This document shows positions 1 to 5,698 of a stretch of DNA of 11,287 bases, one piece after another. Origin of the DNA: a virus. Location of the stretch: IMG/VR virus record IMGVR_UViG_3300001484_000975, positions 1 to 11,287 of that record; one strand, 5' to 3'. Position 1 is the stretch's first letter; every line of letters starts with the position of its first letter. Under the pieces are notes generated by a model that worked only from the letters and a program-made list of their open reading frames with translations, was not told the DNA's origin and did not search any database. The position numbers were made by a program, and so were the translations under genes.

Positions 1-405
1 TCACTCTAACATCCTCCTAAATATATCTGAATCTCTTTTAATATAGCCACATGCTTCATATAATTTATGAGCACTTCTTCTAAAAGTACTACAAGTTAAC
101 TGTAAATAAACTGCCTTTTCTCTTCTGGCAATCATTTCTGCCTGCAACATCATTTTTCTACCAATACCAATATTTCTATATTTAGATAAAACACATACAT
201 AATCTACTAAATAATAATATCTATTTAATATTGGATTTAATATTTTAGTAAGTAATAAATATCCACACACTTCTCCATCAATACAAGCTACAATTTCAAC
301 CATATTATCATAATGAAAATTATCTTTTGTAATATTAAATGCTTCACTAAGAATATTATTAACTGAATTTAAATCATTATTCTCATATAATCTAACTTCT
401 ACCAT
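1..405 (-). CDS. GNAT family N-acetyltransferase
   Basis: 134 aa ORF with a GNAT-like pattern (VDYVCVLSKYRNIGIGRKMMLQAE, AHKLYEACGYIKRDSDIFRRML). SD AGGTGATTAA precedes ATG at 405. Ends in TGA at 1-3. Confidence 0.88.
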   Translation of the reverse strand: MVEVRLYENNDLNSVNNILSEAFNITKDNFHYDNMVEIVACIDGEVCGYLLLTKILNPILNRYYYLVDYVCVLSKYRNIGIGRKMMLQAEMIARREKAVYLQLTCSTFRRSAHKLYEACGYIKRDSDIFRRMLE

Positions 406-486
406 TTAATCACCTATTTTAAAAGAATTATATCAAAAAAAATATATAAAAACAACTAATCAAGTATGCAAATATTAATATAAAAA

Positions 487-513
487 CCTAGTTCAGCATA
501 GAACTAAACTAGG
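487..513 (-). terminator. Rho-independent terminator upstream of the acetyltransferase gene
   Basis: Minus strand CCTAGTTTAG-TTCTATG-CTGAACTAGG: 10 bp stem with one GU pair, 7 nt loop, followed by TTTTTA. Confidence 0.75.
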
Positions 514-546
514 TATAAATATAATTATTGTTGATAATTTCATTTA

Positions 547-681
547 CTAATTTGCCTTATCTTCCTTCTTGCTTGACAAAAAAGTTATTTTCTCACATAT
601 AATTTCCATTATATTCTCATTTTTACCATCTTTTTCAATTATTCTAGATTGAATTCTTCCTTTTACACCTATTAATTCCAT
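547..681 (-). CDS. Small SSB-like (OB-fold C-terminal half) ORF or fragment
   Basis: 44 aa, MELIGVKGRIQSRIIEKDGKNENIMEIICEKITFLSSKKEDKAN. Resembles the 'G..I.V.GRIQ.R.YE..GK......V.AE.V.FL' segment of single-stranded DNA-binding proteins. Lacks the N-terminal half; the start codon is uncertain. Confidence 0.4.
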   Translation of the reverse strand: MELIGVKGRIQSRIIEKDGKNENIMEIICEKITFLSSKKEDKAN

Positions 682-720
682 TTGGTATACTAATATAAAA
701 TTCCTTTCAAATAAAAAAAG

Positions 721-745
721 AACTAGAGTTATAAAAACCCTAGTT
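721..745 (-). terminator. Rho-independent terminator downstream of endolysin (possibly bidirectional)
   Basis: Minus strand AACTAGGGTT-TTTAT-AACTCTAGTT followed by CTTTTTTT: 10 bp stem with one GU. The plus-strand side is followed by TTTC. Confidence 0.85.
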
Positions 746-770
746 TTTCTTTCCTTATTATATAGTAGTC

Positions 771-1730
771 TTATTTGATTACTATTTTTTGACCAACATA
801 TATTAAATTTGGATTAGCAATATTATTAACTTGTGCAAGTCTTTGATATGTTGTTCCATATCTTTTAGCGATTCCAGATAATGTGTCCCCTGCTCTAACT
901 GTATATACAGTTTGTGAACTTGGTCTATTAACACCCAATTTTTGATTAACAATTGATTGAACTGCATCATAATTATAACCAGCTTGTGTTAATCTGTTTC
1001 TTCTATCATCACCATTTCCCCATTGACCTGCAATTACTTCATTAGCAAGTTCTTCATTTGACTTTCTACCTGGTGCTGGTTGTGGTGCTGGACTTGGTGT
1101 TCCTTTGCCATACCCATTAAATCCACCATTTTTAATAATACTTGGGAAATCTACATAACAATAATCTTGATCGCATGTAACACCTGCTATTTTGTTTGTT
1201 CTTATATAATTTGTTTCACCACCAAATTGCCACATTGGAAATCCACTTGGTTCTGCACTTGACCATTGTGCTAACCAACAAGTGAATCTTTTAGCAAGTG
1301 ATGAACCATTACAATAATTATTATACCAATTTCTATTCATATAGAATCCTGCATAATAACCAGCTTTTTCAAGTGTTGTTAATGCACTTGTTATAATAGC
1401 ATCTACTTTTGCTTTACCTAAATTTTGTAAAAGACTATCTTCTACATCAATGTATATTGGGTATTCAAATTGTTTTCCCCTTAATACATTATCAATTAAT
1501 ATTTGTGCTTCTTCTCTAGCTTGTGCTTCATTTACTGCACGTGTCCACCAATAAACACCAACACCTAAACCATTTGATTTAGCACGTTGATATAAAGTTT
1601 CAAATGCAGTGTCCTTTTTATTTCCATAAGCACCACGAATTATAGTGAAGTTTACACCTTCAGCTTTTGCTTGTGCAAGGTTAATATCTCTTTGCCATAC
1701 TGATATATCTATTCCAAATAATTTTCCCAT
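771..1730 (-). CDS. Endolysin: GH25 lysozyme + CW_7 (Cpl-7-like) domain + C-terminal LysM
   Basis: 319 aa. [25 protein letters not shown] and IYIDVED are GH25 features; [41 protein letters not shown] is CW_7-like; [44 protein letters not shown] is LysM. Strong SD AAGGAAGGTG. Confidence 0.95.
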   Translation of the reverse strand: MGKLFGIDISVWQRDINLAQAKAEGVNFTIIRGAYGNKKDTAFETLYQRAKSNGLGVGVYWWTRAVNEAQAREEAQILIDNVLRGKQFEYPIYIDVEDSLLQNLGKAKVDAIITSALTTLEKAGYYAGFYMNRNWYNNYCNGSSLAKRFTCWLAQWSSAEPSGFPMWQFGGETNYIRTNKIAGVTCDQDYCYVDFPSIIKNGGFNGYGKGTPSPAPQPAPGRKSNEELANEVIAGQWGNGDDRRNRLTQAGYNYDAVQSIVNQKLGVNRPSSQTVYTVRAGDTLSGIAKRYGTTYQRLAQVNNIANPNLIYVGQKIVIK

Positions 1731-1743
1731 AATTTCACCTTCC

Positions 1744-1992
1744 TTATTTTCTAATTAATTTTTCTAAATTATGTATAATATCATAAGTTCCACCTGCAAT
1801 AAGACCACTTAAAGCTATTGCAGAATTAAAATCTTTAGTTATGATCCATTCTACTATTGCAACAATTGTTCCAATTAATAAGTTTTGTATTGGTATCAAG
1901 TTATTTTTAATCTTTGGTGACTTTTTAGAAATTACACCTAAAATTAAAGTTACAATAATAGTAACTAAACTAACTAATTCTTCTAAACCCAT
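1744..1992 (-). CDS. Phage holin-like small membrane protein (start re-assigned from 2025)
   Basis: Two hydrophobic segments ([16 protein letters not shown]; [20 protein letters not shown]) plus a third ([16 protein letters not shown]), directly upstream of the lysin. ATG at 1992 has SD AGAAAGGATGGTG; the ORF-track start at 2025 overlaps the previous gene. Confidence 0.7.
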   Translation of the reverse strand: MGLEELVSLVTIIVTLILGVISKKSPKIKNNLIPIQNLLIGTIVAIVEWIITKDFNSAIALSGLIAGGTYDIIHNLEKLIRK

Positions 1993-1993
1993 C

Positions 1994-2299
1994 TTATTCA
2001 CCATCCTTTCTACTTGGTAATTCAAATGTATTGTTTACTAATATTTCAATACCATGATTTCCACCAAGTGCTTTATATTGAACGAATAAATCTTCTAAAC
2101 AATATCTTGCATATTCAGGTAAATACTTCTTATTTTGATAACTTTCACATTTAGATACTATTTGACTGCGAATTATAGATAATAATCCAAGTTTCACTGC
2201 TTTATTATCTTTATATATTTTTACAATCATAGTAGTAATTCCAGTTAAAACAATTGGTATTCCCCACTTAAAAATTGTCATCAATATTTCTTGTTCCAT
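1994..2299 (-). CDS. Small membrane-anchored protein of the lysis module, function unknown
   Basis: 101 aa, N-terminal TM (WGIPIVLTGITTMIVKIY), soluble C-terminus. SD AAAGAAAGGGG before ATG at 2299. Adjacent to the holin-like gene. Confidence 0.6.
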   Translation of the reverse strand: MEQEILMTIFKWGIPIVLTGITTMIVKIYKDNKAVKLGLLSIIRSQIVSKCESYQNKKYLPEYARYCLEDLFVQYKALGGNHGIEILVNNTFELPSRKDGE

Positions 2300-2324
2300 A
2301 GTTTCCCCTTTCTTTAAAATTAAA

Positions 2325-2348
2325 AGAAGAACATATTTCAGTTCTTCT
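2325..2348 (-). terminator. Terminator/attenuator-like hairpin at the end of the fibre array
   Basis: Minus strand AGAAGAAC-TGAAATAT-GTTCTTCT: perfect 8 bp stem followed by TTTAATTTT. Its first stem arm overlaps the TAG stop of the last array gene. Confidence 0.6.
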
Positions 2349-2766
2349 AATCAGTAGTTTTTGTATATTCTAGAATTGCAATCATCTTTTCAACTTCTTT
2401 TAAAGAATTTCCTAATTGAAAAAACAAAACATTTTCTGAAACTTTGTAAAAAACACCACCTGCCCAAGTACCACCAGATAATGTTGTACCAGTTGCATAT
2501 AACCAAGGAATGTTTCGCCAATCCTTTTCTGTCTTTTGACTTACTAAAATTTTCATTTCAATCAAATCTTCTAAATTAGTAATATTTGTTGGTATTTTTT
2601 CAATAATTGTATTAGTAATAATAACTTTTCTATAAATTGTTTTACCATTAACCCATTTTTTATGTGTATTAGTTTCACTTGTAGAATAAATATTATTTCC
2701 TGCAATATCATCTTTATTTTCAGTAATTTGTTCTTGTAAGTCTTTTGTTAATTTATCATTTATCAT
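2347..2766 (-). CDS. Short tail fibre/baseplate tip protein (array member A)
   Basis: 139 aa. N-terminus MINDKLTKDLQEQITENKDDI. Contains YSTSETNTHKKWVNGKTIYRKVI and ends ILEYTKTTD, shared with array member C. Confidence 0.7.
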   Translation of the reverse strand: MINDKLTKDLQEQITENKDDIAGNNIYSTSETNTHKKWVNGKTIYRKVIITNTIIEKIPTNITNLEDLIEMKILVSQKTEKDWRNIPWLYATGTTLSGGTWAGGVFYKVSENVLFFQLGNSLKEVEKMIAILEYTKTTD

Positions 2767-2771
2767 ATTAA

Positions 2772-2787
2772 TCTAGTTAATACTAGA
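2772..2787 (-). promoter_or_regulatory. Start-proximal hairpin, array member A
   Basis: TCTAGT-ATTA-ACTAGA, 5 nt from the ATG. No SD seen. Confidence 0.5.
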
Positions 2788-2804
2788 ATTAGAATGTGTT
2801 ATAA

Positions 2805-3227
2805 TTAATTTCTTTTAATTCCTATAATTTTATGAACTTTTAAAGTTGTCATATCTGTATCATAACTTTGCCAACTTATAGTACGATTATTAAAATTAAC
2901 CATGCCCTCTCCATCATATTGCAATTTATTACCATTTATAGTATATCTTTGAACCATTAATTGAACTGTTGCACCAGCATCAGGTACACCAACACTAAAT
3001 ATCTGAACTTTATCATCAATTATAGGAACGACTATACTAGAATAATATTTTTGGTGCATAAAATCAAAACGTAAAGAATCAAAATTATTTATAGGATCAG
3101 AACATATAATATCAATATCATCACCTAAACTATTTTCATAAATAACTTTTCCATTCAAATTATTGATTGCATTTTTGTTTTCATTTATTAGATCTAATAT
3201 ATTTTTATTTAATTTTTCATTAATCAT
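2805..3227 (-). CDS. Short tail fibre/receptor-tip protein (array member B)
   Basis: 140 aa. N-terminus MINEKLNKNILDLINENKNAI matches the other array members; the rest is distinct. Confidence 0.6.
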   Translation of the reverse strand: MINEKLNKNILDLINENKNAINNLNGKVIYENSLGDDIDIICSDPINNFDSLRFDFMHQKYYSSIVVPIIDDKVQIFSVGVPDAGATVQLMVQRYTINGNKLQYDGEGMVNFNNRTISWQSYDTDMTTLKVHKIIGIKRN

Positions 3228-3233
3228 AATAAC

Positions 3234-3249
3234 GATACATATTAGTATC
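3234..3249 (-). promoter_or_regulatory. Start-proximal hairpin, array member B
   Basis: GATAC-TAATAT-GTATC, 6 nt from the ATG at 3227. Confidence 0.5.
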
Positions 3250-3259
3250 TATATGATGT

Positions 3260-3652
3260 TTAATCAGTTGTTTTTGTATATTCTAATATAACATAACCAT
3301 GTAAGGTAGTTCTATTGGCTTTTGTTCCCCATATGACATGTGTAGATGTCACATAGACTTCATCATTAAAACCACTAAATGGAGAAAATACATTATTTGT
3401 CGTATTAACTGCACCACCACCTACATTTATCATAGTAAAATTAGATAAATTGTGATTAACACTCTTATTAGTAGTATTAGGTAGCATACCCATATCAATT
3501 ACTTTTCTATATATAGGTTTTCCATCAATCCATTTTTTATTTGTTTTTATTTCACTTGTAGAATATACTTCTGCATCATTTATTTTTTGTATATCAGATG
3601 CATTTATATCAACTTTATTACTTAATTCCTTAATCAATAATTCATTAAGCAT
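3260..3652 (-). CDS. Short tail fibre/baseplate tip protein (array member C)
   Basis: Track ORF begins with GTG at 3661. ATG at 3652 (MLNELLIKELSNKVD) aligns with the paralog starts. Contains YSTSEIKTNKKWIDGKPIYRKVI and ends VILEYTKTTD. Confidence 0.75.
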   Translation of the reverse strand: MLNELLIKELSNKVDINASDIQKINDAEVYSTSEIKTNKKWIDGKPIYRKVIDMGMLPNTTNKSVNHNLSNFTMINVGGGAVNTTNNVFSPFSGFNDEVYVTSTHVIWGTKANRTTLHGYVILEYTKTTD

Positions 3653-3669
3653 AAACATCACAGGTAACT

Positions 3670-3685
3670 GATACTAAATAGTACC
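3670..3685 (-). promoter_or_regulatory. Start-proximal hairpin, array member C
   Basis: GGTACT-ATTT-AGTATC, 6 bp including one GU. Confidence 0.5.
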
Positions 3686-3850
3686 AATCACCCCACATTC
3701 TAAATAAAGGGATTCTAGTACGTAACTTGAACCCCCTTCCTGATAATTTGCGTATGTATGTATGTATGTATGTATGTATGTATGTATGTATGTATGTATG
3801 TATGTATGTATAAGTGTCGCAACTTCAGTTGCTTTTGTCAATATTTTCAT
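3674..3850 (-). CDS. Putative phase-variable leader ORF of array member C (as assembled)
   Basis: ATG AAA ATA TTG ACA AAA GCA... = MKILTKATEVATL(IHTY)5ANYQEGGSSYVLESLYLECGVIGTI*, 58 aa. The repeat is wholly in the ORF. Weak SD. Positional and structural counterpart of the 4897 leader. Confidence 0.35.
   Translation of the reverse strand: MKILTKATEVATLIHTYIHTYIHTYIHTYIHTYANYQEGGSSYVLESLYLECGVIGTI
3752..3811. repeat. Tetranucleotide microsatellite (GTAT)15 / (ATAC)15
   Basis: 60 bp uninterrupted repeat read directly from the sequence. Confidence 0.98.
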
Positions 3851-3878
3851 AGTAATTTCTTACTAGAACTTTCAATTT

Positions 3879-4268
3879 TTATGCAGTACGTACAAAAATA
3901 TAACATGTGTAATATGGTTGCATATTGTTATGTGGTTGATTTCCACCAACTGCTTCTATCATATCACCACTATAATATCTCATATCAGATGAAGTAGTCC
4001 AATTAATACCACTTGCACCAATATTTCCACCACCTTTGATTGTTAATCTATGCTGATGTTTTGCCATTTCATCAATTGTCAATGTATGCTCTTTTTCACC
4101 ACCAGTTTTAGAACTAGCATTGAAATCAGAATCATTTTCATCAACACCAACAAGTGTTTTACCTTTAGCAATTCTTTCCCATGTTCCACCAAAAAAGACA
4201 CTTGGATTTGTGTCTTGTATACTCATGTATATACTACCTATTGGGTATAATAATTTAACATCAATCAT
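3879..4268 (-). CDS. Tail collar / baseplate-type protein with C-terminal fibre-tip fold (array member D)
   Basis: 129 aa. LLYPIGSIYMSIQDTNPSVFFGGTWERIAKGKTLVGVDENDSDF..TGGEKEHTLTIDEMAKHQH and QPHNNMQPYYTCYIFVRTA are typical of the phage 'PIGSIY..NP..FGGTWE' family. Confidence 0.85.
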   Translation of the reverse strand: MIDVKLLYPIGSIYMSIQDTNPSVFFGGTWERIAKGKTLVGVDENDSDFNASSKTGGEKEHTLTIDEMAKHQHRLTIKGGGNIGASGINWTTSSDMRYYSGDMIEAVGGNQPHNNMQPYYTCYIFVRTA

Positions 4269-4275
4269 TATAATC

Positions 4276-4288
4276 GATATTTAATACC
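4276..4288 (-). promoter_or_regulatory. Start-proximal hairpin, array member D
   Basis: GGTAT-TAA-ATATC, 7 nt from the ATG at 4268. Confidence 0.4.
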
Positions 4289-4295
4289 AATATAC

Positions 4296-4709
4296 TTAAC
4301 TTTTATTAATATAACAAACATCTACGTATAATGTATCAAAATTAACATTTATTTCAACAGTTATCTTATTTGAAGCATCATCTAACGATAGCTTATTAGC
4401 ATAAGTTGAAAGGTTTCTATAATCACCTAGACTAACATCAAACCAATTTTTTGAATTTGACAAAGCAGTACCATCCATTTTAGTAATAATAACATTATTA
4501 AGAATGAAACCTAAATCTTTTGATATTGTTTGGTCAGAATTTTGTGTTCTTTTAAAGGAATATCTTTTAATATATTCTTCTTTTCCATCAATTATATTTC
4601 CTGTTTTAACTGCCTGTCCATCTGTATTATAGTTTAATATATTTTGTTTAGTTGATAAAGTGTTATTAATATATTCGTAAACGTCTTTTAATAAATTATC
4701 ATTAAGCAT
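4296..4709 (-). CDS. Short tail fibre/receptor-tip protein (array member E)
   Basis: Track ORF starts with GTG at 4718. ATG at 4709 (MLNDNLLKDVYEYINNTLSTKQNIL) aligns with array member C. Confidence 0.65.
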   Translation of the reverse strand: MLNDNLLKDVYEYINNTLSTKQNILNYNTDGQAVKTGNIIDGKEEYIKRYSFKRTQNSDQTISKDLGFILNNVIITKMDGTALSNSKNWFDVSLGDYRNLSTYANKLSLDDASNKITVEINVNFDTLYVDVCYINKS

Positions 4710-4728
4710 AATAATCACCGAAGCGACT

Positions 4729-4743
4729 AGATATTAAATATCT
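4729..4743 (-). promoter_or_regulatory. Start-proximal hairpin, array member E
   Basis: AGATAT-TTA-ATATCT perfect 6 bp stem. Confidence 0.5.
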
Positions 4744-4774
4744 GTCACCCCATTTCTTTGTAAGATTGAAAGTC

Positions 4775-4897
<123 letters not shown>

Positions 4898-4911
4898 TTT
4901 TATCATCCTTT

Positions 4912-5682
4912 CTAACTATTATTTATTATTGGTACTAAATCCCATTTTGATGAATTCCATGTACCACTTGTATTATTGGTATTGCAACTATATATTTTAT
5001 GATCATATACAGTCAAATCACCAACATTATATGTTCTTGTTGTATCATATGTATCACTATATAATCCTAGTGATATTCTTATGTCATTTATTTGATTTTG
5101 CAAATGACCTGCTTGGTTATCATCAAGTTGGTCTTCTAAATTAGCGAACCATTCAGTAAACCAAGCTTCATATTGCTTGAATATTTCATCAGTTGATAAT
5201 TCTAATACTGCTTGTGTTACATTTCCACAATCAGCACCAAATCTTGTATCAGTTATCATATCAGTAGTAATTCTTGTTGCACCTGCTGGAACAGATATAT
5301 TCGCAAGTCTTAAATCATATATTGTTCCAGTTCTTGTAATACTTGGTTGTGATGGATCAGAAGAATAACTTCCTTCTAATATCATTGTTGTTATTTGTCT
5401 ATTAGTTAAATCTAATCTAACAATAACTGAATCAATTCTACCAAGTTCACTATCTGATTCATCTATATCAAGCACTAATGTTTCAGTGTTTTCATAACTA
5501 TAACCATTTATATTAGCATTACCAACTGCAACACTAACAGTCATGTTATCATTTGCACTAACACCTAAACTATTATTAAAAACACCATTTGTGAAGAACT
5601 TTTTTAAGAATCCTGCAACATCTGATGCATCGTAAACCCTGTCGTTGTTTACTGAATTAAAAAATCCATATTTTTGTGCCAT
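4912..5682 (-). CDS. Baseplate/tail fibre protein (BppU-like) with C-terminal CBM5/12-like carbohydrate-binding module
   Basis: 256 aa. N-terminal ANINGYSYENTETLVLDIDESDSELGRIDSVIVRLDL..TR.TIYDLRLANISVPAGA; C-terminal YDTTRTYNVGDLTVYDHKIYSCNTNNTSGTWNSSKWDLV. SD AGAAAGGAAGG. Confidence 0.8.
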   Translation of the reverse strand: MAQKYGFFNSVNNDRVYDASDVAGFLKKFFTNGVFNNSLGVSANDNMTVSVAVGNANINGYSYENTETLVLDIDESDSELGRIDSVIVRLDLTNRQITTMILEGSYSSDPSQPSITRTGTIYDLRLANISVPAGATRITTDMITDTRFGADCGNVTQAVLELSTDEIFKQYEAWFTEWFANLEDQLDDNQAGHLQNQINDIRISLGLYSDTYDTTRTYNVGDLTVYDHKIYSCNTNNTSGTWNSSKWDLVPIINNS

Positions 5683-5698
5683 AATTTACCTTCCTTTC

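Noticed and set aside
1080-1262. Other plus-strand ORFs (1080-1262, 2361-2579, 4050-4250, 5177-5368, 8834-9061, 9530-9721)
   Set aside because: All are antisense within well-supported minus-strand genes and show no recognisable domain.
3228-3259. Translational bypassing or fusion between genes C and B via the intergenic hairpin
   Set aside because: The alternate frame ends in ...MYRYYD*, superficially like the leader tails, but there is no repeat, no leader start and no takeoff/landing codon pair. Treated only as part of the hairpin observation.
3752-3811. Possible CRISPR array from the short tandem repeats
   Set aside because: The 4 bp units are directly contiguous with no spacers and no cas genes; this is a microsatellite.
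3758-3997. Plus-strand ORF MYVCMYVCMYVC...
   Set aside because: Artefact of translating the GTAT microsatellite on the non-coding strand; it overlaps gene D antisense and has no supported domain.
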